Assembly: GCA_051362555.1 (NCBI GenBank)
Contig: CM120640.1
Span: 34,429,967 to 34,493,966, forward strand
Length of the DNA stretch: 64,000 bases
Reading direction: 5' to 3'
From: Lingula anatina
Taxonomy: Eukaryota; Animalia; Brachiopoda
Shown here piece by piece: positions 13,901 to 25,554 of this stretch. The notes under the pieces were generated by a model. It was not told where the DNA came from. It saw only the letters and a program-made list of their open reading frames with translations, and made no database searches. Made by a program: the position numbers and the translations under genes. Within the stretch, counting starts at the first letter, position 1; every line of letters starts with the position of its first letter.

Positions 13901-16041
13901 TTTCATCCATATATGCACTAAATATATGTCACCGAAAGTGTCAAGTCCTTCTGGCTGTCAAGTTGCTACCATGGTGAAGGTACGGGAGCTCACATATGAG
14001 AATATAAAAGAAATTGCTTCTCTGAGAAAGCCCCCGATATAGCCACCAGATAATTGCGTACTGGGTATCTCGTCAGACTGTATATTAAGTTTGCAAAAGG
14101 ATGAAGGACACTAGTGATGCCCATAGGTTACCAAGAAGTTGCGGCCAGAAGAAGACCAGTGGCACAGAAGACAGGAATCTTTTCATGCTGTTAAGAATCA
14201 AGGGATTTGAACCGGTGTGACAGGAATGAAAGACCGCTAGGAACCGTAGTCCAACCCTCCCCCTTTACTGGGTAGGTTAAATAAGTTTCTCTCACTAACC
14301 AGATGCTTCGACTAACCCTGACCTGTAATTATCATATAGGTTCCCGGACTTCCATTCTTAGGACTACCACTCCTCTCACACCGGGCAGCGAATAAGCTTT
14401 GGAGGGGTCGTGCAATTTGCCGGTTGACATCAGAAAAAAACTGTTCAAAGAAGGCCCCATGCTACAGGAATTCACAGCAGGGTTGCCAGAAGGAAACCAC
14501 TTGATAGACAGTAAGAGTGCCATGGGCTGCAAAGACCATTGCATGGACCGTAGGTCAGTACTGGCGCCTTTTTGTTGTATTTTCTGCTGAGTCTAGCAGA
14601 ATTATAGAGAACATCAGCCACTTCTCATCTGCCAGAGAATATGCATTCCCTCACTAGAGAATCCACTTCAATAATGGTTTGGGGGCACATTGGTCTCTGG
14701 GAAATTGGTGAACTGGTGTTGATAAATGAAAATGTGAAGCGTGAGCGTTTCATTGAAATTATTCACCAGCATCTTTTACCATCGACAGAAAACATCTGTG
14801 GGACAGAAATTATGCGTTCATTTATCCAGAAGATAACGCTTCAACCCACAGGACCAGAGCTATACAAGGATGACTTTACCTGCATGAAATAGGACCCCCT
14901 TGAAAACTTGTGAAATGAGAGTTGAAATCAAGTGGCAAAGAATTGCCCCTTTATCAGAAACGCTCTAATCCAAATTATCTTTAGAGCCTGGGCCGCCACA
15001 TCCTTCAGAACATTACTAAACCTATGGCAGCCTATGCCTGAAAAGGTGGTGTCCATGTTGAGATCACGTGGCTAAATGTAGGCTACAAAATATTAATACT
15101 GACATAATAGCATGCGATTTGTAAGCGCAAAGTACTGTAAACCTGTAGTAAATATACTAACTTGACAAAACCAGTTTTCAATAAAATGGTAATTGAAAAC
15201 CCTAATGTCCAGCTGTTGTTCACCATGATCAAGATGGCCCAGTACCTTTGTCACCCCCTGCAGTTAAATGTGACTATGTGATAAGATTAAAAACCTAAAG
15301 ACAATAGCCATAAGTATCCCTTTACCGATTGCCCTGAGTACATAAGGCAACATGTCATTATATAGCTTTTCGTAGTTCACCGCATTTTCACTCCAAAAAT
15401 GTGAACCATGATATCTATCCAACAGTCTGTACACAGGGTAGTTCGTTTCACGGGTTTGGTCGCATGAACCTGTAAAAATGAATGATCAAAAATGTTCATT
15501 AGCTTGGTTGTTGGATAAATATGAAAATTCTCAGACACAAGCCTAAAGTCAGTGAGTGTGAACAACTACTCACGTCAGTCTGATGAAGGCCTTCGACCAG
15601 GTTGGCCGTAAGCTAACGGTACGGAAAATTTTAGGCTTGTGTCTGAGAATTTTCATATTTAAAAATGAATGAAGTTTTTAAAAAAAGCACAGTGCTTGTT
15701 CTTATTCGTCTGTGCTCGTACTGTAGCACAATTACATGTTTACATTATGCTTAACCCTTTTTTGTTCAATATACAATTATTGACTTTGGCTGAGGTGTAT
15801 ATGTTGTTTACCATGGAAAACTGATGTCGACCTAGTAAACTAATGTCGACCTCACTCTGTCGTATTCATCGTGTAGTGCGCTCGCATCTGTGCTCTATTT
15901 GTACAGTATAGTATAGTATAATATAATAGTATGATGTAATAGCAAATTTTCAGATAAATAGTACATGTAATCTTCAATTATGAGATTTTATATCCTTGAA
16001 AGTCTCGTACCTGTTGCATACGGATCACCATGCAAATCCAT
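9395..16041 (-). CDS. SABATH/Methyltransf_7-family SAM-dependent methyltransferase, paralogue A (9 coding exons, about 413 aa)
   Basis: Exons 16041-16011, 15469-15326, 13572-13474, 12791-12693, 12577-12430, 12270-12137, 11733-11597, 11369-11195 and 9669-9395 join through GT-AG introns into a 1242-nt open frame. Motifs CDYGAGDGGTS, YEDYSWNDFKSLF, GTNFYKPCLP, SCIAMHWLS and AYKRQAAEDWETILINRATELK align with the SABATH motifs DLGCSSGPNT, NDLPxNDF, GSFYxRLFP, SLHWLS and AYxxQFxxDxxxFLxxRxxEL. Confidence 0.9.
9744..10835. mobile_element. Non-autonomous DNA transposon (TIR CAGACTTGACATT, TA target duplication) in intron 8 of paralogue A
   Basis: ta|cagacttgacattaaaa ... ttaaatgtcaagtctg|ta, with internal caagatggcc motifs. 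A copy at the equivalent position in paralogue B spans 19277-21392. Confidence 0.7.
12862..13118. mobile_element. Palindromic foldback MITE (PIF/Harbinger-like, 3-bp TTT target duplication)
   Basis: 257-bp near-perfect inverted repeat GGCTTCGTTCACATGCAATG...CATTGCATGTGAACGAAGCC flanked by ttt/ttt. The empty site gtctttgattgg is present in paralogue B at about 23681. Confidence 0.85.
13809..15260 (+). mobile_element. Degenerate Tc1 (DD34E-type) transposon in intron 2 of paralogue A
   Basis: Degenerate TIRs (ggggtgtcaaaagaattgcaccatct / agatggcccagtacctttgtcaccccc). Broken transposase fragments: MVKVRELTYENIKEIASLRK, KKTSGTEDR, HSRVARRKPL, WRLFVVFSAESS, SIMVWGHIG, DNASTHR. Confidence 0.8.
14212..14384. 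mobile_element. MITE with CCGGTGTGAC termini nested in the Tc1 relic
   Basis: ccggtgtgacaggaatg ... cactcctctcacaccgg. The same family occurs at 19619-19810, with a related end at about 21030-21046. Confidence 0.65.
15486..15661 (+). mobile_element. Penelope-like retroelement remnant with inverted repeat and degenerate minimal hammerhead motif
   Basis: 32-bp inverted repeat (taaatatgaaaattctcagacacaagcctaaa, about 15517-15548 / 15630-15661). Direct flank repeat aaaatgaatga. Internal CTGATGA-AGGCC...GGCC-GTAA-GCTA. Absent from the same intron of paralogue B. Confidence 0.5.
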
Positions 16042-16521
16042 AAAGTTTTGTCAGGAGAATAATATCTTCTGATAAAAAAATCTTAATAATATCTTATGCT
16101 GATAAATACGTTTGATCAATCAAAATATAAGAATCTGTCTCTGAGGAGTGACATACCTTTTAAATGTATTGTGACCGGTGGATCCACTTTGTTTTCATCC
16201 ATTTGTACTTGTTTTGCTTTTTTATGAGCCACGGAAATATTGTACCGCGTCTTGTATTGCGTGTCAGCGGGGCAAGATAATGGACATGCGGGTAGAGAAA
16301 GGGTTCAAATTGCGGACAATGAGAAAACACAGTTATATACAAAACCCAACAACACCTTCAGCATAAGTGGCATTCATACATGTACATCAATTGGCATGAA
16401 AGAGCATGAACAAATTATAGCAACCGTATTCGGTTTGTCAGCTCATGCATGACCTTATGGTGGACGCTGGTCAAACCCAAAAACCCAATGAAAACCTATA
16501 AGGATTGGTGATATTGAGGTT

Positions 16522-16650
16522 AGGGACCATTCCCACAGAGATTTGGACCGTTCTATCTCCCTGGGGAGTCTCACTAAATTGCTGCCAGCTTAACCGGCTT
16601 ACATATCTGTCCCGCCTACTAAAAGCTGTTAGGGGATAATTAACTTTCGT
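16522..16650. mobile_element. Truncated copy of the about 200-bp ATTCCCAYAGAT MITE family
   Basis: Shares ggggagtctcacta...gcctacta...agctgt...taattaactttcgt with 40143-40341 and 54632-54848. Confidence 0.7.
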
Positions 16651-16827
16651 TTTAAAAGAAACTAAAAAATTCGGTCTTAAACCGGTAATTATTAAACTAA
16701 CCATTGACTTAGCTTTAACAATGGTCTATATCTCTGTTGCGCGCAAAGGATTGTGGTCTATATGAGGGTCCAACTTGCCCCTAGCCAAGAGGGCCAACTA
16801 GTCCCAGGTGCACAGTTTTAGATTTAA

Positions 16828-17031
16828 AGGTACATACGAATCGAGCATCGGTGACTACTTTTCTGCCCCATTGACATACGACATAGAATGCTAGCAAAAA
16901 AATCCGTTCAAACCTTATTTTTGGGTAAAATTAAACAATGCATTTTGGAAATTCTCTTAGTTATACTACTTGAAACTATATGCTGGCATTTGGTTGGTTT
17001 TTGTGACAAAAAATTGAGTTTGTATGCATCT
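16828..17031. mobile_element. TTAA-target MITE (Kolobok/piggyBac-like)
   Basis: ttaa|aggtacatac ... gtatgcatct|ttaa. Confidence 0.5.
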
Positions 17032-17408
17032 TTAAAGATTGCAGCCATTTATTGAGCAAGAATGGCCTACGTTAATAAATTTTCGTAAAATTTCAAACAA
17101 TAAACTTTAATCTGATGCCCTACACGTATACTTTGTTTCATCAAAAGCCTATGAAAATAGATTTTTAAATCTCTTAAACAAAATTACTTTTAGGTGCAAA
17201 AATCGTTTATTTGGGCTCACCGCTTCAGTAAAACTTTTTAATAGTCTATAACGTCCGACACTTCCTTAGCATTGTAGGATACGGCCACTTAACAAGAGTA
17301 TGTGGCCAATTTTTTACCTCGTAGTTACTTTTCATAAATTGACGGGGGAGGGGGGGGGGCCGACTTACCCCGGTCACCAGTTTCTAGCAAGACAAAAGCA
17401 TTTAAATG

Positions 17409-18154
17409 TGTAACGACTCTATTGGAGTCTGCAGAGGTAGATTGGGAAATGGAAGTAAAGGAAGCTATTTCATTGAAAACTGGATCCAAGACTACATCTT
17501 ATCGACAGACAATAAATCCCAACTTGACAGGTCATAGTGTTTACAAGCAAACTACTGATATTCCGGAGTATAAGAGGCTAACTTTCACACGTCTCCGCAA
17601 AATAGCACACACACCTTGAAAACGGGTAGTGTGGTCCGATATACTCGTTAATTCAGGATCCTTATGTGCCGAGTCTGGTAGTTAGGTAGGCCTGAAAAAG
17701 ATATCTTATGAGGTCATAAGATGTAACGTGTTGTGGTCCAATAGTTCTTGAGTAATGTGGCGGCCTCTTTGTATAACGCAGAGGTAAAGAAATTAATTAT
17801 AGAATTATAATAAACGGTCAGAATTGATAAGGAAAAGGAAAAAGGAGGAGGAGGAGGAGAGTGAGAGAGACGAAGCACGGAGACGGACTTAGTTTTGGAG
17901 AGTTAGGAGTTGGAGACTTCACTTAGCTATGTAGATACCGGGCGTCGACGATTAAATCGTTTCACTGGTCATTATGTGGACTTCGGTTTTCTGTGCGCGA
18001 CCTTACGAAAATCTGACACGAACCGTGGAATCTTTAGATTGCGTTATCCCCTAAGTAAGTCAATAAACCTATTTCGACCCCACCTTTAAATTAAGCGAAG
18101 AAAATTATATAATTGTAGGACATTCATTCCATATGTATGAAAAGGTTCATTACA
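17409..18154 (+). mobile_element. Possible solo LTR
   Basis: TGTAA...TTACA ends, purine-rich stretch at about 17830-17880, AATAAA at 18062. No target duplication found. Confidence 0.3.
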
Positions 18155-18962
18155 TACCTTCGCCGATGTTTGGAAAAAGTTGGACGTATATAAAATTATA
18201 GCTGCATGATATGTTTTGCAGTTACACCAATTACAGTTGCACTGACATATTAGGAAAGAGGCTTTCGGTAGCGGAGATTTATATTACAGCAAAAGTACAG
18301 GGCTGTCTTCTAAAATGCAAAATATGGATGAAGAGAAACATCAAAGAACCCTGCAGTACGAAAATGCCCCAGCAGGGCATCATTCACGAAGAGATGGACA
18401 AAACTGCCCCATTATTCGTCCAATAAGAAGAAGAGAAGAAGAAGATTCATGGTGAAGAGCATCTCTTTTATTGAAGCTTGCCTCTGAAGGAATTTACACA
18501 GTATAACATCTAGGAAATATATGTTTAGTGTTTAAAATAACGTATTCAAATACTAACCTAATATTTTCTGAAATTCGCCAATTCTCTCGGGGTAGTATTA
18601 GCACTATTATAGATTTCCAATTAAAGGGCGAGACTTTCACAAAAATCTTTTTTTAATTTTCAAGATTACACTCCATATAAAGTATACGCACGAGGTACTT
18701 CAAAAGCATTATGTATATATTACTGACCTATCCTTTTTGTAAATATATTACCGAGATTATTTATATTCTTTTACCAGATCCAATTATATATTATTTGTTT
18801 CAATAAAAGTATATAGGGGAAATTAAATCAGTTCTGTCTCATGATTCGTCATTTTCGTATCCACCATTACGCAGTGTGTACATCTCAAGCTAAGCGCACA
18901 CATGCTATATAAACTGCACACACATATCACTATGCAGTTGGCCTCCTCACTATTTGCCCCCT

Positions 18963-21900
18963 TCATTTTATTGGTTTTGATTTGACAATATCTATATATG
19001 CAACAACCAAGTCATAACCGAAATCCTGTGGATTGCGAGTAACATCCTCTTCAAACTGGCCAAAGAAATCGTTCACAATGGCTACCTTTTCTTTTTGTGA
19101 TCTGCACCCATTCAGCCCGGACATAAAGATTGCTTCGCTCCAAGCACGGAATACATTGACATATCTTCTTGCTTTGTAGACCAAGCCAAGTTGTTCATCA
19201 TCTGTGGTTAAGATATAAAGATTAAATGCAAGCTATTCTTTGCTTAAATGGATTTTCTACAGTATATTGTTTAAAACAGACTTGACATTTAATATGGAAC
19301 ATTTCAGTTTAAGAGGTATGATTGTTGAGGATAAAACTGTTGTTAAAAAAGAATATGAATATGAATATCATATGAAATACATGGATAGAAAAAACGTGTA
19401 GTCAGGTGAGCCAATACCAATAAATTGACTACCTTGTCTGAAGCACTCCTGCATTACATAATATGTCATCATTTTATTGGGTAGTAGTCTTTGGGGTGAT
19501 CCTAGCACGACTATAAGACAGTATAGTTCTGTTAAAAAAGTAATACTTTTGCTCTGGGCCAGAATGGCGCGAAACAGACAGACATTACCAACCAGAATTA
19601 TTATGTCACAAAAAACGACCGGTGTGACAAGAATGGTAGTCCGCTAGGCACAGTGGTCCATTCCCAATTACTTTGAACAGGTGATATTCGATCTCCTTAT
19701 ATACTATATTACCCCAGTACTCCGGCTAACTAGACTCCTATCTAGACTCTAATCACACACCCCCCTCCCCAGGACTTCAATTAATAGGACTGCCATTCCT
19801 GTCACACCGGCGTGGCAAGAGTGCACGTCCTAGTAACGCAAGTCTGCCCTGACACTAAGTCCTGGGAATGAAAGTCGTAGGACATGCATTGCTTGGAATG
19901 GAAGTCCTAGGGTATACGTTACTAGGATTCAATGTCCGTAGGACGAAGGCTCCCAAGTACTGTTAGTCCTATGTGTAGTAATGCACGTCCTAATGGGACG
20001 TGCGATCCTAACAGTTTAGTAACGCACGCCTATATAGTTCAGATATATACTGGTTTTAAGATATAATTAACGTTTGCTTTCTTTCATTTTTAAAAAAATA
20101 TTTTACGTTTTTATTTTCCGATAGGCAGTTTATATGCATATTAATGAAGTAACAAAAACAACACGGTTCCCCTTATTTTTCCTTCATTTACTTTGGGTAG
20201 GCCTATTTTTCTTGTAGTAAACGCATATTTTACATGTGTCATTGACCTTCTTAGGTCTTCAGATGAGGGGAAAATCACTTTACACAATTACAAAACACCG
20301 GATCTCCGTTCTTAGATTAATTTTTCGCTTTACACTCGCAGAAATTGAAAAATAACCCAAAAGAAATTTGCTCTTTGATAGAGGATTAAAGTCAAATCAA
20401 GACAGTTTAGAATATGAAATTATAGATAATGTTAGGTAACATTCCTTTGGTATTTTGGCGCTTTGAGGTTTTAAAAACCAAACGAAAAACTAGTTGTAAG
20501 TGTAATCACAGAATTTAGAATACTGTACATTAACAACAGCGATATACGGTTAGCTACAACAAGTTATCCGAGGTGGGGATGGGAGGGGGTAAGATCATGT
20601 CAAAGGTAGGTCTCGAATCCAATTTGTAAGAGTGCGACTTATAAACACTTACCTTATGGTCTTTCACGATAACCACTACACAAAAGAGCTGAAATTACAA
20701 GCCCTCCATTTTTGTCTAATATATGGCTCAACGAAAGGATTTTCATATACATTTATAATTGTATCATTTAACCGTATTATTGCATGAGGATAGGACTTTC
20801 AAATGGCCGGACTTTCATTACTGTCATAGGTGTAACAGGAATAAAAGTCCGCCAGTAATACAAGTCCTACCTATTATTATAATAATGAGACAGGAACCCA
20901 AGTTCCTGTAGGACTACTATTGCCAAGTAATGGTAGTCCTACGGGCAACCATTATCAGGAACCGAGGTCTTACGTCTGGGTTGCCATTTGAGCACCCCAG
21001 ACGTAGGACCTCGGTTCCTTGGGGACTTGGATTACTGTTACACCGGCACAGTCTTACAAAGGTATACCTAGACTAGTGTTTCTACACAGAGGCCAACTTA
21101 ACACCAGGAAACAGGATCCAATGTCCTTACTGTTTTGCTGCTACACGTAAAACTTAACTCGGGCAAACTATTCCCCTCAGGATTGCCATCAGAAAGCAAT
21201 TTCAAGGCCATTTGAGCACCCCAGACCAGTTTTAGCTGGTTACTATATATGTCACAAATTTACTGAATAGATTATTGAAAGTCATTAAAACACAATTTTA
21301 ATTCTCGTTGTCATTTACAGTATAATTCAGAAAAGTGGGCAAAAATCGAAGAAAAATGATTTGAAAAAATTATTTATTAAATGTCAAGTCTGTTTATATG
21401 TCATGCAGAAAAGAGTTGAATTTTCCCTTTAAATATTTACATTAATGATTGCTTTATCAAAAGTGAATGAACAATGACCTTACCACAAAACAAGAAACGC
21501 GTGGCATGATAGAGTTTGACATGCTATCCTGACCTTAGAAATAAAATATTATCTTTTAATTTTAAACTTGAATCTACGTCTTTTCCTTTGTCCGAATACC
21601 TTTTATTTTTTCCAAATATTTCCTTCACACTCCCAGTACAGTATATGCCCCTTACTTAAAAATTCGATATCATTTGATTTCAAAGAGCCGCCAACCTGAG
21701 GACTCACCAGTCTCCGACTTCAAAGTGAAGTCAAAGTAGTTTTCCTTTATCTCGATCGACACACACTCTAACCCCGCTTTCAAAACATTGGAGTCTTCAT
21801 ACAAAAAAGGTGCTTTGAATTCCTCATCTGAACGGCAGTAAACTGCCATCGTTGTATTCACGAACTCTTCCTGAAAAAATCACAACAAATTTACACTGAG

Positions 21901-24900
21901 TAACATAAAACATTGGTTTATATTTGAAGGGGTAATCAGTTCAGAGATCACTCTATTTTCTAGTCTTAACATTAAAAACAATCCCCTTCTAGCGACACCA
22001 ATATAAAAAACTTGGCTTAGACCCGATAAAATTTGAAATAAAAAAAGTTACCTTGGTTATCCGCCCTGCTGTTACAAATGACAGCCATAAGTCCCTTAGG
22101 TACGGAAAAACCTTAACGTTGTAATGCCCCGAACAAAAGGAGAACTTTCCTTCTTTTGTATTAGCAGGAGCTACTATGATGATGTGGGCACCTTCAAAAT
22201 AATATCATATAAAGCAAGAGAGAGAGGAAAGAAGTTAACATATCTTTGCGCTGGTTGGTGTGGTATAAATTTTATTTAGCATGAACTCAGTGTATTCTAT
22301 ACGGGATTTACGCACCAAATCAAATCCTCCATGAAAAAATCTACTCGCCAATTATTGTTCGACCAGTCCCTACTAGTCGGCATGATGTGTTCTAAACATT
22401 TTAAAACTCAGAACTTCATTTGTAACCTAAATGTAGAATCATTTTTTGTACAAATTAACCAATGATTTCAGGTTAATTAACATTTTTGTTGGTGGCTTAT
22501 TTTTTAGCTTATCTTTTAGCTTAAGGGTACCAATATTTGTTTGTACAAATTAATTAATTTAAATAGTAAGGCAAAAATAAACAGAGGATAAATCTAATAG
22601 TTAATTCAAAATAATTCTGGTGCTTATTAGGTACCTATTTTCAGTTCTTTAGCCCGGTGTATGAGAATCGTCTCCCAGTCCTCAGCGGCCTGCTTTTTAT
22701 ATGCGTCAAGCTCTTCATGACTGACCTTATTTCCCTGGGATGTTATATCCCGTGAAAGATTGCAAGGCCTTTAATTTAAATAAATGAACAATTGATTTCA
22801 ACATATGCATAACAGAAAAATATTGGTAACTTTTTATAGATAGCGATAGCATCATATAACATTGTAATACTGTTTTATTTTATACTAATTTGTACATGTA
22901 ATCATAGGGGTTTAATCACCTTTTGCTCAACCAATGCATAGCAATGCAGGATACAGCCAGGTCCACATAATTCGCCGGCAGACATAGTTTATAGAAGTTA
23001 GTACCACTGGCCATGAAAAACACGTTTTTTTCTTGAGGAAGAAAAGTCTCTTGATCTTCAGATAAACCTGTAGTATACATAAATTAACACAAAAATGAAA
23101 CTAAAACAATATACATGATTTTTCATGGCAATAACAGTAGTATATAAACGACGGGAGCCTCTCTCTTTGTAAATTACAAGAGTCCCACCGGACATTTAGC
23201 GGACCCCTGTTTATTAACTAAGTCGCGTACAATGCCATCTCACCTAAGTTCAACAATAACGCTGTTCAAATTGACAATGTATTGAAATAAACACCTATCT
23301 TTTGAATCTTGGGTATACACTTGTCATGCCAACCAAAATAAACATTTTTTTCTTTATAATGTAGTAAAATATATATTAAAACGCATATTGCAAGAAATAA
23401 AGTACATAGTTAGAGGGCCCTATCAGGGCCTTATCGTTTTTGGTAAGGCTTCCGTCGTTTATATACTACTAATAACCTCTTAAATTATAAGTTAACGGAC
23501 TGACGTTCTGTTCTATTTCGTACCTTGTGTCAGACAGAATAATGATTTGAAATCGTTCCAGGGTTGATCCTCGTACACTATCACAATAGGTTTTTCACTC
23601 CCATATTTTATTCGCACCGTTCCTGAAAAAAGCAGCTGAACCTGTAACCTGTGACCTTTATGTGCATTTATATCTCTTCCGTCTTTGATTGGAGTAGTTA
23701 GTTACAAGTTATGTTTTTTATTGATACTCTAGGTGCTGTTTACCAACGCCATAAGAGAAAATGAATGACAGAAAAAATATATAAATGGCAAAAACAATTC
23801 AAGAGAAAAGCACACAACTATTGTTACAAGAATAAAGTATGTAACTAAGCTTTGTGCACTACAGCCAGAATAACCTTAGTTTGCAAAAGGGGGGTTGATC
23901 TATCTTGAAGACTATTTTTATTTAAAAAGTGTCAATATGTAAATACGTCAAGTAAAGTAAAGGTATATTTTGTTCGTGTAAAATTTAATATGTGGTTTTG
24001 TGATTTTTTTTTTCTTTTTGGAGTTACTTATGATCTCTGCCATCAATTTCATAGATGTTCCTCCATCTCCAGCTCCGTAGTCACACACCACAAAGGGACG
24101 CTCTGTGCTTTCCACCCTTTCATTTCCTAAGAAAAAGCATATAACAGAAAAGATTGCTATAACTTCACAACAGCTTTTCTTTACTTTGAACAAATGCTAA
24201 GTTAATAACTATATATCAATTAACCTCTTCTAAATAACATTAAACGTCATATAACGTCATATAAAGTCAAGAAATGGAGACAATTACATCTACAAAAATG
24301 CAATTTTTACCTGTTTCAGAGTTAATTACCTTTGGGTCATTATGCTACGGGGGGGGGGGGGGGGGGGGGGGGGGGGGAGGGGGGGGGGGATAGGAGTCGT
24401 ACCTTCTGTGTCAATAGTGCTGTGGTGGTAAAGACGTTTTATTTCGTGGTTAGTTAAGTTTTCATTCGTGTGCACTCTAAAGTGTCACACTGAAAGTGTA
24501 ACGCCCCACTGACTGTCAGTTCACTATCATGGTTAAGGTACGGGAGCTAACATATAAAGAATGAAAATAAAAGAAATTGCCTCTCTGATGGAGGCGGGTA
24601 TAAATACCCCCTACCAGTAGTTAGCCGCCATATATGGCTTACCTCGTCAGACTGCATATTACGTTTGCAAAAGAATGGTGAACAAAGGTGATGCCCATAA
24701 GTTAGCAAGGAGTTTCCGACAGAAGAAGACTAGTGCCAGAGAAGACCGCGAAGGGATTTGCAGAAGTAAAGGTTGGTGGACTGGTATGTAAACCTTTCGT
24801 GAAGATACTAACTTGAAATAAACCGTTTTCAATAAAATAACAATTGAAAAACCTAACAAGCCAAGCAGTTGTTCACCATAAAGCAAACTGGTTCAACCAG

Positions 24901-25554
24901 TGATGAAACCAAACTGATGCCAACTCCCTGTAGTATAACGTGACAAAAGGTGATAAAATTAAAAACCTAAAGACAAATTTAATTGATATATTTTTACCGA
25001 TTGCTCGAAGTGCATAAGGCAACAAATTATTGTATAATGTTTCGTAGTTCACCGCATTTTCACTCCAAAAATGTGATCCATGATATCTGTCCAACAGTCT
25101 GTACACAGGATAGTTCCTTTCATGAGTTTGGTCGCAAGGAGCTGTAAATAATTAATAATGAATATGACTACAGTACGATGCTTGTTCTTATCTGTCTGTG
25201 CATGTCCATGGTCTGTGCTTGCACTGTAGTACAATTATATGTATTTGCTTAACCTTTCTTTCTATAATATACAATTATTGACTTTTGCTGAGGTCAACAT
25301 GTTGTTTTCCTGACCAATGATATCGACCTGTGTAGGCACAAACAATCCTTAAAAATCTGACGTATTCATATGCATCATATAGTACGCTCCCTATGTGATC
25401 TACATGTATTTGTACAATATTGATATAACAGCATCATAAAATAGCTAATTTCGAGATATAAGATACATGTACTATTCTGTGTTAATTCAATAATGAGATT
25501 TCATATCCGAGAAAGTCTCGTACCTGTTGAACACGGATCACCATGCAAATCCAT
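18963..25554 (-). CDS. SABATH/Methyltransf_7-family SAM-dependent methyltransferase, paralogue B (9 coding exons, about 398-402 aa)
   Basis: Exons 25554-25524, 25141-24998, 24126-24028, 23622-23524, 23067-22920, 22768-22635, 22191-22052, 21870-21708 (or 21696) and 19201-18963 give an open frame with the same intron phases as A. Motifs DYGAGDGGTS, YEDQPWNDFKSLF, GTNFY, AMHWLSK, RAKELK. Confidence 0.9.
19277..21392. mobile_element. Copy of the CAGACTTGACATT transposon in paralogue B intron 8, interior replaced by nested repeats
   Basis: Same TIRs and subterminal sequence as 9744-10835. The interior (about 19400-21170) contains CCGGTGTGAC MITEs and many GGAATG..AGTCC-type motif repeats. Confidence 0.65.
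23136..23470. mobile_element. 335-bp MITE with 25-bp TIRs and 6-bp target duplication
   Basis: aataac|AGTAGTATATAAACGACGGGAGCCT ... AGGCTTCCGTCGTTTATATACTACT|aataac. Absent from intron 4 of paralogue A. Confidence 0.8.
24348..24930 (+). mobile_element. Internally deleted copy of the Tc1 relic in intron 2 of paralogue B
   Basis: Flanked by TA. Shares aaggtacgggagct and gaagaagac.agtg with 13809-15260. The left TIR is overwritten by a 41-nt G tract. Confidence 0.7.

Noticed and set aside
18930-18965. TGA at the end of paralogue B as selenocysteine or readthrough
   Set aside because: Paralogue C stops at the same position, there is no aligned Cys, and I see no SECIS-like element; it is an ordinary stop.
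19820-20030. Spaced short repeats as a CRISPR-like array
   Set aside because: The repeats are degenerate, occur in both orientations with irregular spacing, lie in a eukaryotic intron, and match subterminal motifs of the neighbouring MITE family.
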